Source: Camelus ferus (Eukaryota). Taken from it: a DNA stretch of 64,000 bases. Position 1 is the stretch's first letter. Each line of letters starts with the position of its first letter. Below the pieces are notes generated by a model that did no database searches, was not told the origin of the DNA, and was given only the letters and a program-made list of their open reading frames with translations. Position numbers and translations under genes: made by a program. Of this stretch, positions 1-11,733 are shown one piece after another. The DNA is taken from positions 1,614,001 to 1,678,000 of the forward strand of contig NC_045698.1 of the NCBI RefSeq assembly GCF_009834535.1, given 5' to 3'.

Positions 1-2155
1 CTTCCACCCAAGCTGCCCTGAGCTCTGTTCCTTGTGAAGTTGGTGGACATGGGGTCCTTTTGTGGGCAGACAGATCTGCCCACTTATGGAGAGGCTGATA
101 AACAGACACCAGCTCAAAGCAGTTGACAGGAGCTGAGCCTCCCTTTCCTCTGGCTTTGGCTCATCTCCCCGTGAATATTTAACCACATGGCTCCAGATTA
201 CAGACTCTAAGATCCACGGCTGTCCAGAAGTTCTGTCTCAGTCTCAGCCCGTCAGGGCGGCCGAGCCCAAGCCAGCGAGTGGGGGGAGGGGGTTAGCAGA
301 GCTCTCGAGAGACCATCTGCTGACCGAGCCCCAGAAGTCAGTACCAGCAGTCTGCCTACCACACCTGGGACAGGGACCGGGCGGGGTGGTCATCAGAGTC
401 CAACCCCATCGGACCAAGGGGCCGCTGCAGCCGGTGGCGCCTCCAGCCATAAGCTGGTGATGATGGAGGTCGAGGAGAGGAGGAGAGATGGCCTGTGTCT
501 CACCCTCACCCTCCAGCCTCCTGCCGGCATCCGCCCGGTGTCTCCCGTGACCGTGGCGGGGCCAGCGGCAGGCGGGCAGAGGCCTGGAGGGCAGGCGAAG
601 CCCGGCCGGAGGGGCGGGCGCCCACAGCCCAGCTCGGTTCGACAATATTTGCTCCACGTCCACACCGCGGGTGGAGCCCTGCAGAGCTGCAGGGTGGCGC
701 TGGCTGAGTCTGGGGCCCTGCTGCTGCCGGGAGGGTGTCGGTCCGCCGTGTCCCCAGGTCTTCGTCACTGTTTACAGCAAATGCTAGATTCGGAGTGTGT
801 TTGTGACAGCCCCACGAGCAGCTCGTACTCTACCTGAGCGCTACGACCATGGGCCGTGACAGTGGCCTCCATTCATCAAACCCTGCGTGACCATGTTCGA
901 GTAATTCTGCTCCAGGGAGCTCATTTCAGCTCCAGAAACATTTCCCACAGGGGTGTCATGTGTGCCCCTGGGGCGAGGGCGGGAGGTGAGGTGCTGGGTG
1001 CCATGGGCTCAGCCCAGGCAGCCCCCAGCAGTCTGCCTGTGATCCCTGGAGGTGCTGCCCCCCAGCACCTGGCGGTGAAGAGCCGAGGCCAGCTTGAGGC
1101 TGGATTCTGGACCTGAGGACTTTCTCGAGCCTCCACCCCACGGCCTTGAGCCTCGCTCTGTGTCTGGCCGGGATGACCTGGGACCACTGCCACCAGGACC
1201 ACGCCTGCTCCCCCTTCCTTTGTGTTAGCGGACGAGAGCCTCTCCTTCACAAAAGGAGAGATTTCCCAGTCACCCTGACAAAGGATTGGACCCCCTGGGT
1301 CAGGAGCCCAGCCTGGAGGGTGAGCACTGGGAGGTTTTGCTGGTCCCCGGTGTCCAGGCTGGACGGAGCTGGCAGTGGACAGAAAGGAGGAGGATTCACC
1401 TGCCAGCAGAGCCCAGTAGCCCACAGGTCACTGGCGTTGTGTGCAGGACTGGAGCGACAGGCTTCAAATCTCCCAGCTTGTGTAGACAACGCAGCACACA
1501 GTGAATGCTCAAAACACGTGTGTTAAGTTTCCAGGTGTGAAGGAGGGGGCTGACGAGTCCACAGGTCACCCTGACAGACAGGCTGCATCTGACCTCCCAG
1601 CACGCTCCACCGTCACACCGTCACAGCCAGAAGGGGCACCAGTCTCTCCCAGGAGCGTGGGGCTCCGTCATCTCCCTAGGGGCGTGAGCAATGTGCGCAA
1701 AAGCAGTGAGAGGACACAATCAAGGCAACTGCTTAATTGAACTGTTGTGTTTTCTCCACAATTTTAAACAAAACTATTCCTTTTGTCGACGTGCTGGCCC
1801 CAGCTGAGGGACAGACGAAGCCTCTGCCCACCAGCCCCGAGAAACCAGGTGGCAGGCATCTGCTTGGATTGCAACGAAAATTAGGAGGAAAAAAGCGACC
1901 TTGCCTAAATCAGCCCCTGGTGTGTGACGTGCAGGTGGGTCTGTGTGCACAGAGCTGTGTCCTGTGAAAACAACAAACTGACAAATAAATACACAAACTG
2001 TTCGGAGATCAGGGACTACAAAGACAAAACAAGGCAGACCAATGACTCAGCAGGGCCAGAAAATGGTGTTCTCACAAGAAACAGAGTTAGGGAGCACAGA
2101 GGGTACGAGTCAACAGGAGAGAAGCTCAAAAGACAAGACAAAAGAGAAGGCGGCA

Positions 2156-2456
2156 TCTGATCACCTGGGGAGGGAGGGGCCTGATCACCTGGGGGAAGGA
2201 GGTGGGTCTGATCACATGGGAAAGGGAGGGGTCTGATCACCGGGGAGGGGGGTCATGGTCACATGGGGAGGGAGGGGTCATGATAACTGGGGGGAAGGAA
2301 GGGTCTGATCACCTGGGGAGGGAGGGGCCTGATCACCTGGGGAGGGAGGGGTCTGATCACATGGGGGAGGATGGGATTTTGATCACATGAGGAGGGAGGG
2401 GTTGTGATCACATGGGGAAAGGAGGTGGGTCTGATCATGTGGGGAGGGGGGTCTGA
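2156..2456. repeat. G-rich minisatellite, about 12 units of about 21-28 bp (consensus TCTGATCACMTGGGGAGGGAGGGG)
   Basis: Tandem units read directly; 10 of 12 contain the palindrome TGATCA followed by G-runs. Confidence 0.9.
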
Positions 2457-2469
2457 CACACGTCGGGGA

Positions 2470-2930
2470 GACTGTGTGATGAGCGTGTTTCCAGGTGGAG
2501 CTGGAAACCAGCTGTAAGTGGGATGGACTTGAGAAAGAGCAAGACATGATTCCCACATACAAGGACGGGGCTGGCTGTTCCCTTGCAGACCTGGGTGGGC
2601 AGGTTAGCAGCACAGGGGACACGTGGGACGAGAGACGCAGGGAACTGCAGGTGAATCTGAGTCACCGGGAGGTGGTGCAGAGACCCAGGAGGGGAAACCC
2701 GGGAGAGGACAAGGTTCTGGAAGGACACAAGAAGCAGTGATGGAAACTGGGCGAGTGACACGGTCCAGGGTGATGGCAGGGACAGACCCTCCTGAGGAAG
2801 CCCAGACCTGTGAGGTCAAGAGAACTGATCACACCAAAGCTCTGGTGGGACGGGGAGCCCCAGGGACAGTCTTAGCAGCATCCACAGAGGAAGACAGCTA
2901 CCCGGAGAATGATGGGGACCAGCTGCAGAC
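2470..2930 (-). mobile_element. Degraded LINE-2 fragment
   Basis: Purine-rich stretch resembling antisense L2 (e.g. gagaaagagcaagacatgatt, ggagaatgatggggaccagctgcag); very diverged. Confidence 0.4.
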
Positions 2931-3039
2931 ACTCAGAGCTCCGGCGGGGCCGGGGCCAGAGCAGAGCAGACGTGACTGTGGAGACACTGAGACCCCTTCC
3001 CTGAACTGTTAGAAAAGGGGCGGGGCAGATGTAGTGATG

Positions 3040-3700
3040 TTAAGACAAACTGACCTTCACTGAAAAAATCACCAAAGGATGCACTCGAGTAAGGAGGAAA
3101 TTAAACCCAAATGGGAAGGATTGGATACAAGAAGCAACAGTGAACAAAGAAAGAGGGGAAACGTTTGTTAAAACAAGTATGCTGTTCCCACAAGAGCAAT
3201 AATCATCAAGACAATAAACTGGGGGGATAAGATGTGGCAGAGAAATACTGGAAGAGTAACTTGGACGCTGAGAGGACCACGCCGGTGTGGGGTTAAAGGC
3301 AGCAACGCCAGTCAACTTCAGACTTCTGCAGGCCAAGAGTGCTTGTCAACACGTTAAGGGCGACCATGGAAGGAATTTGAAGTGAAGACATGATTTATAC
3401 ACTGACTGAGAAGATAAAGAAGAGTGAAGGTAATGCAATCAATGCAAGATGGAAACAGAAAAATTAAAAAGAGTAAAGAAATGGCGTGGAATGGTAGGCA
3501 CAGAGCGAGGCCGTGGAGGTAAAGACAAACACGGTGCTGAGCGTACATCAGTTATTCAAGACAGTTCTCAGATCGGATGCTCTAAAAAAAAATCTAGTTA
3601 CACGTTGTTACAAAGGAGCATACACAGCTCAAAATGGCACAGAAAGACTGAAAGCAAAGAGATGGATAAAAGACGGACAAGGGTTTCAATCAGATTCCCA
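3040..3700 (+). mobile_element. Ancient L1M remnant (inter-ORF region and start of ORF2 endonuclease)
   Basis: A-rich sense strand; 3550-3675 (agacagttctcagatcggat...cacagaaagactgaaagcaaagagatggataaaaga) resembles the L1 ORF2 N-terminal WIKK...LKVKGWKK region. Confidence 0.6.
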
Positions 3701-6700
3701 AACGGAAGCAGGTGGCACCCCGGGAGCAGCCTAACAGAGGAGCTGAGTGGCACATGAGCAGAGTGGGGTCTGGGGAGCCCGGGGGATGCCCAGTGCCCCA
3801 GCGCTGGCTGAGGACGGACTCGGGGACGGAGCGTTTCCCAGAACAGGGAGAGAGAATCCTGGAGTTGGTCCTGATGGGATCAGCGAGAACTTAGAAACAT
3901 CTGGACACACCTGGCAGGAAGGGAGTCGGGAACAGTGCCCTAAGCCCACCTCCCGTGGAGGCCCCACCGGCCAGGACAGCAGGGGGCCTGGCAGTGACCC
4001 ACAGTCACCCCCTGGGGACAAGGGGGCGGTGCTGGAGGGACACACACAAGTCCACACGCGGACACACCGTCACCTCTGGCCGGAGGAGACCGGCCCGAAG
4101 CTTAGCATCGGCTGAGGAGTGTGCGGACGAGTTCAGGAAGTCATTTCTCCGAGAAAGTAGACAGCGCCCTCTCAGCAGGGCCGCCGGGGTCCCAGGCCCG
4201 CGCCGCCTGCCGCGTACCCTCAAACGCGTGCCGGAGAAGCAGACAGAACCGCGACGCGGAGCTCTCAGTCATGCTTGAGGGTGTCAGTCGCTGCCCTCAA
4301 ACCCCAGCGGCTCGAGCAGGCGGTCTCCAGGGCTGCAGCAACGGCGCCAGGACACGCTGAGCGAGCCCGCCCCAGAGTCCAGGAGAGAAGCCGAGGGCGG
4401 GCGCCGCTCTGGCCGCAGGGCCGCGTTCTCAGCGTCTCCCACGGGGACGCCCAGGACCTTGCATCCCAGGTTCCTTCTTCCCCTCTGGCCGGCTTTGGAT
4501 GTATTATTTCCTGGAAGAATTGCTCAAGGAGACACGTGGGCATCCTCACCCTTCACGCCCCTGAGGCACAGCCGCATCCCGGTGCGGCTCATCCTCAGCC
4601 TCCCTCCAGCCTGTCCCTCCTCCCTCTGCCTCCCGGCCTTCCTCCAGGCCCCTCCTCCCACCCGTGCCTTCTCCTGCCCCTTCTCCTGCCCTGGCCCTCT
4701 CCACCTGGGGTGTCCTCCCTCCAGCCTTCGGGGACCACTTTTCAAAGCATCACCTGAACACGGTGTCCCCACAGTGAGTCCCCAAGGGCGCCCTAGCCGG
4801 TGGGACCGGCCCTAACTCTTCAGCAGGTCGCATGGCTCTCACGCCTGTCCCTGAACGGGAACCAGAAGGGAACCCCATCCCGAACGACACTCCATGGGAC
4901 ACACATCTTTGGGGGTTTGTGGTTGCTGTTGCTAACTGCCCTTTTGTTCTGGTTTGTTTGTTTTGCTCAGGGCCTTTTCACTCTCTCACGCTCGGGCATA
5001 CAGCACAATCCAGCGTCGTCAGAGAGACTCTGTCAGCCCTGGTCCCCGAGCAAGCCCAGACCCCCGCCGTCAAAAGCTGTGCTCGAGAAATCAAAGCGCA
5101 CGGGAGCTGGGACCCACTTAAATTCACTCCCCATCTCCGGCGCTGTCCTCTAGGAAACAGAACAGACGGACGCGCACACAGCCCCAGGGAGCACGGGGCT
5201 CTTCACCCCGGGGGTGCCAGCTGCCTGAACTCAGCTGCCACCTCCCCTCCCGTGGCCGCAGGATGCTCCGCGTGTAGTCCCATGTCACCTCCCGGTGCTG
5301 CCCGGTGGTGAAGGCGTGACCTGAGGGGAGTGGGCCTCAAGCAGGAGCAGCTCGGCCGTCTCTGCAGCGTCACCCTCGGAACCTCTTCCAGACAGCTGTC
5401 CCCTCGCCCACTCCCATGGTCTCCCCATCCCGTTAGAAACACAAGGCAAATGTTTCAAACATTTTCAAAGCAGGCACATGCCATTAAACAGCCACGGCAG
5501 TACGTGACCCTTCCTAACGACCCCGCAAGGTGTTGGTGCCAGTGGTGGGGACTGGCCCCCGGAGCCAGGCTCACACCCCAATTCACCAGAGGCCCACGGT
5601 GACATCTGGACCGATCTCTCTACATGCCGGGGTTTGGTTTGGTTTGGTTTGATCTGCTTTATTCAACGGGAGTCAAAGTTCCACCCACATCATGATTGTT
5701 CCAAGTGTTACACGTGGAGCACTCGGCACCGTGCTCAGAGCTGGCAGGATTCGACAAGAACTATTATTCTCCTGGGGTTATTACCGTCCACCAACACGAG
5801 CTTTCCGAGATAATTCTGCTATTCAGACGCTCAGGAATGACCACTGCTTCTCCACCAGTGATGAAGGGGAAGACGGTAGGCATCAGCCCGTCGATACCAC
5901 GTGTTTCCTCTTTTACAGGAGAGACGCATTTTTATCTAAAGATCGTTTTACAGAGATGCTAAGAAAGCCACGGAGGGGAGCAAAGGTTCTGTTTTGCATT
6001 TAGCATCGAGATACGCCCCACTTTTGTCCCGTGATGCTCGTTTGACCCCTGGAGCGTCTCTGTTAGGACTGGCTTCCCTGCACCTGAACGAGGAGCAGTG
6101 TCGCGTCAACACAGGGGCGCAAAGAGCATCGCAGAACACACGAGGGGTGCCGGTTCCCTGCAATGGCTTATCCCGGGGCTTAAGGTGCCTCTGGTCCCAG
6201 AAGTTTTGTCCCCTCGGTGCCTCTCCACCCCTCTGTCCGCCCGTCCGCCCGTCCGCTCACCGGCGCAGAGCACGCTCACTAAGCATCTGCTGCGCTGAAG
6301 CGCGCGCAGGGCTTTCTCTCCACTTGCGGCTGTGACACGCAGCTGAGGCTTCCGTTGGAGCCGCACAAACACGGGGAGGGTGTGAGGGCTCCTCAGCGAG
6401 CTTTCCTGAGGCTCAAGGGCAACAGAAAGAAATGGATATTTGAGATCTGGAGACACTGAGAGTGGGAGATGCGGCCTCAAGCGGAGCGAATCCCTAGTCC
6501 CTAAAGGTGCACCTGCCAGGAGCTTGTGGACAACAGAGTTGGGCGGTCGCCAGGGCACCTCTTCTGTCCTGAGGGCCGGGGCATTTACAGAAGGAAGTGA
6601 GGACATGACAGACCGGAGCTGACGTCAGTTCAGCCGATCACCGTGCTTCCTCGGTGTCTCTGCTCCGGACCAGGAATGACGGGACGTCGCTGCACGTCTG

Positions 6701-7029
6701 AGACCTTCACAGGAGTTATCGCCTTGGCCATAAATTCAACAACTCTAGCAGAATGGGCCGAGTTCTGGACGAGCGCAAGGAGGACGTCCTGTGGAAGGAG
6801 GACGCTGACCTGAGAGCCCGTGCCTTCTAAGGTGCGGGCTCACGCCTTAGCGCCTCCGCACAGAGCAGCCTCCGGAATGCTGCCAGACACTGAAGGAAGT
6901 GACGGCTCTCGCTCTGCAGAAACCTTACAGGAAATAGGGAAGGAAGGAACACAGAGGACCTCATTCTGTGGGGCCTTCCATACACAGATAACAAAAGCAG
7001 GCAGAGACTTGGTGAGAAAAGTCCCGACC

Positions 7030-7720
7030 ATAAATACAGCCTGGAAACAGTTCGTACAACACCACGTCACAAAAGCAGGCAACTCCATCAAAAATGGGCA
7101 GACGACTTGAACAGACATTTTTCCAAAAAAGACACAGAGAGGCCGACAGGCCCATGGAAAGACGCTCAGCATCACTAATTATCAGAGAAATGCAAATCAG
7201 AACCACAAGGCAGAGTCGCCTGGCGCCAGTCAGAACAGCCATCACCAAAAAGAGCACAAACACCAGATGCCGGAGAGGGTGTGGGGAGGAGGGGCCCCCA
7301 CCGTGCAGGCGGGGAGTGTGCAGCCACTGCGGGGCAGCGTGGAGGCTCCTCACAAAGCTAAGAACAGAGCTACCATATGACCCAGGAATTCCACTCCTGG
7401 GTAAACATCTGGAAAAAATAAAAACGCTAATTGGGAAAGATATGTGCACCCCAATGTTCACAGCAACATTACTTACAAGAGCCAAGACATGGGAACAACC
7501 CAGACAAATGGATAGAGAAGCTGCGGTGCGTGCGTACAATGGAGCACTGCTCGGCCATAGGAAGGGTGAGACCCTGCCGTCTGCAGCAGTGTGGATGGAC
7601 CGGGGGAATATTACGCTGAGTGAAGTAAGTCATAGAAACACAAATGCTGTATGATACCACTTACATGTGGAATCTAAAAGTAATACAGACAAGTGTACAT
7701 AGCAGAACAGAAATGACGCT
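7030..7720 (+). mobile_element. L1 3' fragment (ORF2 C-terminus plus start of 3'UTR), strongly GC-shifted
   Basis: Translation SLIIREMQIRTT...ELPYDPGIPLLG...CTPMFTA...AKTWEQP matches the L1 ORF2 C-terminus; homologous to the copies at 33616-34270 and 51499-51970. Confidence 0.92.
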
Positions 7721-8289
7721 TTAGGGAAAAATCATTTAACAGCCAGAAGATCTGATAATAATGAATGTCGTGTGCTGAAACCGTGAGACACCGCGTGCTG
7801 CGCCCCAGAGTGCACCTCACCCACTTGGCTGTGTCCTCCGAGAGAAGCGAAGTCACTGTTTTGGTGCAGGCCCACCGGGCAAAGTCTCTACCCGTGCAAA
7901 CCCCGGCAGGACCCCCGAGCGGAGCCCGTCGCCCTGCCTCTGCCCGTGCCAGGGAGGCCGCCCCGGGCGCCCAAAGTCCGGTCATACATTCCCACGGCAT
8001 CCTGGGAGAAAATGAGACTCGGTGACTTTCCAGAGTGTTCAGAGCTGCTTCCCCCCAAACGAAGTAGCCCTTCACCAGTAGAACACGCATTTTGTCTTGC
8101 AAGCTTCCTGGTTTGGGGTTCCCGGAGGTGAGCTGGCTCCGCCCGTCCACAGCCCTCCCGGAGCCGCCCGCCCGCAGAGAGGCCTCTGGAGAAGGCGTGT
8201 GCTTCCCGGCGCGGGGCCTGTGGGCTCCCGCCCCCTTCATTCTCAACCCTGCGGGCGCCTGCCAATTTAGTTTGACGCACACGGCCCCA

Positions 8290-8930
8290 TGACTTTATCT
8301 CTTCTTGCAGCACTAAGCATTAATTTTGTTTCTGTGTGATACGTTATTTCCGATAGTCAGTAGCTTATGGGGGGGAAGATGCTTTATTAGTTAATAATTC
8401 TTACCACATTACTTGGCTCATAACTGGTTTGCATATTTTTATAGGCCACCGAGCCACTGAATCAGAGGTAGAGAGTGGAAGCACGTATTTGCTTCTGGAA
8501 AGTTTGAAATGAGCCCAATAGCTTACGAAGGGTGAAGCCTTGACCATTTCGAGTATTTCAGTGCCACGTTTCCTTGGGCGCCTTCACGGGGCTGAAGGTT
8601 CAGTGGACCGGAAAGTGCGCACATCAATTACCACCAGAATAATTTGGAAAGGGAAATATTAGCCACCATATTTATAGCCGCTTGGCTGTATTCTTGGCGG
8701 CCGCCTGTACTGTTCGCTCTTCTTAAATCAGAATAGCACCGTGCAAAGGAGAACTGAGCAATAAAACATCAAAGGAAATGTAATGAGAGTTTGGTGATGC
8801 AAAAAATTGTCTCTTTTTCTTATTTAGGTCCTTTACCTGGAGGAATAACTTAGAATCTCTGTCATATGCTGCCACTAATGGGATCATAAAATTATAGTTG
8901 TCTCATTTCACTTCGCTGCCTTCCCAGGGA
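8290..8930. promoter_or_regulatory. Candidate conserved non-coding enhancer block
   Basis: Non-repetitive AT-rich island within GC-rich DNA; TCF/LEF ACATCAAAGG (8766-8775) and Cdx/posterior-Hox-type GCAATAAAA (8758-8766) and TCATAAAA (8885-8892). Confidence 0.35.
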
Positions 8931-8949
8931 TGCCGTCTTCCCGCTGCCG

Positions 8950-9172
8950 CGGGCTGAGCTGTGTCTCCCAGATTCCCACCTCCAGCACCTTAGATCACGA
9001 TGGCGTTGGAGATGGGGCCTTTAAGGCTGTGATCAGGTTAAAATGTGCTCATTGGGGTGGGCCCTGATCCGATCTGACTGGTGTCCTTCTAAGAAGAGGA
9101 GATCAGGACACAGACACACACAGAGGGACGATCATGCAAGGACACGGGGAGGAGACGGTCATCTGCACAGCA
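8950..9172 (+). mobile_element. MaLR LTR fragment (MLT1A/MLT1B-like)
   Basis: gggtgggccctgatccgatctgactggtgtccttctaagaagaggagatcaggacacagacacacacagaggg is a typical MLT1A/B core. Confidence 0.8.
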
Positions 9173-9899
9173 TGACAGGACCGCCCCACCAGCCTGCGGC
9201 TGTGAATGGGGCCCTGGTCCCCCAAGCTCCTCTGAGCGCTGGTGGCCTCAGCCTCCTGCTGCAGAGGAAGCTGGCTTTCCTCGGGTGGCTCTGTGATGCA
9301 CATTGACTATGCGTCTATTTTTCCACACCCTTTAGATTGGCTTTTTTTTAAATGTAGAATGACAGATGTTGGCCAGGTGGCAGAGCGGTGAGCTTCGTTG
9401 CCCACTTTTGGTGAAAAAGAAAAAGGATAAAGACTTTTTGGAATGCACTCGGACCGTATCGACTTTAAAAGGCTCTGGCTGCTGCATCTGGATGAATCCA
9501 GCCATGTTACGGGGAGAACGTGGGAGCTGATGGAGCCCCACACAGCATCCAGGGAGGGGTGCAGGGAGAGTTACGCACCAAACAGACAAAGGTGTGGGGC
9601 GCAGCATCACTGTGACCCCGAGAGACAAACTGCCTTTGGTCAAAATGCATCTCAGAACAGAGGGGAGACTCACTGTCCATCACTGTGGCATTGGGGGAGG
9701 GAAGGAAAGAGATTTTAGAAACAGAAATTGCTGGCCAGAGCTTCCCAGCATGGGGGGGTTGGGGGGGGCTGCAGTACCTGCTCCTCCTGCTTCCCCAACG
9801 ACGGCTTGGGTGCTCACCCCCATAACAAAACGGCGACAGCAACTTTACCTCGTCAAGGTTCTCAGATTCGCCCACGTGTCTCCATCACCCCAGCCACTG

Positions 9900-10441
9900 C
9901 GATGGTCTCCGGACTCTCTCTGATGCCACGTCTGCCCTCCTCCAGACACTCCTCAGCTTCAGAACTTATGACATCTCTGCTAGTTGGATAAACACCCTGT
10001 CTTCATCCTGAACTGCAGGGCTCCGACTTACCGGCTCCTGGCGACACCCCAGCCCCATCTCACCTCGCCTCCTCTCTCCGCAGGCTGCTCTGTGGTCTCT
10101 TGAACACGTGCTTTCCCTGCGACCTGAGGACCTTTGCACAAGCTCTCCCCTATGCCTGGAACCACATATCCTTCCCATAGTGTTAAGTCTTCCAGGAAGA
10201 CTTTCCGAGCACAGACTCAGTCATCTTGTTTAATGCTTTCAAAGCGCTCCCTCTTTCTCATTAAGGGAAGTTACCATACTTTAACTCGCCATTCGGTAGC
10301 TGAGTCCCATCAGTCCCAAGACATCTGTGTCTCAGCGGAATGTCAGCTCTGCCAGGACCAGGGCTCTGCATGGCCTCTGTTCTGTCTCCAGCCACTTACC
10401 AGACACTCACCAGTTACATGTTGAGTGAATGAATGAATGAG
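9900..10441 (+). mobile_element. LINE-2 3' end
   Basis: cttgaacacg...ggacctttgcacaagctctcccctatgcctggaa, ending in tgttgagtgaatgaatgaatga, the typical L2 3' tail. Confidence 0.75.
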
Positions 10442-11127
10442 TCTTTGGAATTCAGAGGTGCCCGGGAGCCACCTGTTGGCTGCGTTTCAGGGCAGATCCA
10501 TTCTGGGCCCAGAGACCCAGGGCCCCCTTGTGAAAGCAGGGCTGAGCTGCAGACTCCCCGGCCCCTTGATGGTGTTTCTCCACGCTCCAAAGGCCAAGCT
10601 CTGCTCTGAGGTGTAACCCACCCCAGGTGGGAGCATGAGGGTACCTGTCTCTCTGCAGGTCACCGGAGAAGAGCAGAGCCAAGCCCGACACGGGAGCCTC
10701 GGCAGCAGCCTCTTAGCCCAGCAGGCGAGCACTTCCGCTCACGTCTCTTCTAAGCACCCAAGGCGGGGAGAGAGCTCCTCGTTCACTTTCCACTGGGAAT
10801 TTGGGGCTGTTTCCCAAACATTGTATGTCCAGGTTTAGTCGAACCTTCTCCGTTCTGTTAACTCGATCCTGACTCCCCAGAAAGTCAGGGGTTTCACAGT
10901 GGAGGACTCTCTCCCCTTTGAGCCCCCCCCCCCCCCAGAACCCTCTGGCTGCAGACACACACTTGAAAACAACCTGAAGTCCCTGGGCTGTGTCTGGGGC
11001 ACTGCCGTTTCCAGTTCTGCGCGGCGACGCCAATTACAGAAGACGCGCGGCTCCACAACGTAAACTGAAACGAAACGGATCGACTTCGGGCTGCCCTTAG
11101 ACACTTTCAGGAACTTTATGCAACAAT

Positions 11128-11262
11128 TATAATAATAGTAACACTTAGCAGCTTCAAAGGCTCTTTAAAACATGAACAAATTAATCTCCACCGCAGGGAT
11201 TCGAGGTGCTGGATGGTGCGTCGTGATCACCTGTGGTTTGCCCCCAGAGAAAGTGAGGGAAA
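11128..11262 (-). mobile_element. Possible MIR/CORE-SINE remnant
   Basis: ataataatagtaacactt...ctttaaaacatgaacaaattaatctccac...gagaaagtgagg loosely follows antisense MIR. Confidence 0.3.
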
Positions 11263-11706
11263 GGGGGTATGTTAGAGCGCGGTCCACACGCACACGCACA
11301 TCGGGGGCGCAGCTGGAACCCCTGTCACCCTGTGGGCCGCCTGGTCCCAGGGCAGTCCCCCGCCTGCCCGGCAGCCCGACCGTTTGCTCTGCTCTGTGGC
11401 CCACTCCTCCGTGAGCTGTGCGCCCCGGGGCTCAGGCTCAGCGCCCGGCCCTCCCCAGACACGCCAGGCCCGTGGAGGGCTCCCCCCTGCACACATGCAC
11501 GTCTCTCCTGAATGATTCTCGGTGACTCTGACCTGCATGTCTTCCCAAGTCAGTAGCCGTGATCACCCTTTGAGCTGGCAAACCACAGCCCCCCTTCAGG
11601 CCATCCTTTCTGCCGACACTGGCCCTGCTGTCCCGAGCTGCGCTCCCGGGGGCGGCCGGGTGGGAGGCCTCCGAGGAGCCGGGACCGGCTGTTGGGCTGC
11701 CGGAAG

Positions 11707-11733
11707 TGCGGTCTTTGCTTCAGTAGATGGCAC
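11707..11733 (+). promoter_or_regulatory. Candidate CTCF site with upstream module
   Basis: TCAGTAGATGGCAC (11720-11733) matches CCASYAGRKGGCRS at 13 of 14 positions; TGCGGT 7 bp upstream resembles the TGCAGT upstream motif. Confidence 0.45.

Noticed and set aside
62..83. 9-bp perfect hairpin (gtgggcaga / tctgcccac), and similar ones at 53632-53671 and 20173-20184
   Set aside because: Stems of this length are expected by chance in 64 kb and are too short for a pre-miRNA.
244..1526. Overlapping ORFs of 126-174 aa on both strands
   Set aside because: Pro/Gly/Arg/Ala-rich composition expected from GC-rich non-coding DNA; no recognisable domain or consistent splice structure.
2156..2456. CRISPR-like array of regularly spaced TGATCA-containing repeats
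   Set aside because: Units are contiguous with no unique spacers, there are no cas genes, and the context is mammalian.
7094..7654. ORF2-like ORFs here and at 28766-30001, 33713-33961 and 51441-51668 as genes or active L1
   Set aside because: Truncated and/or frameshifted fragments of dead LINE-1 copies, without intact endonuclease or RT domains.
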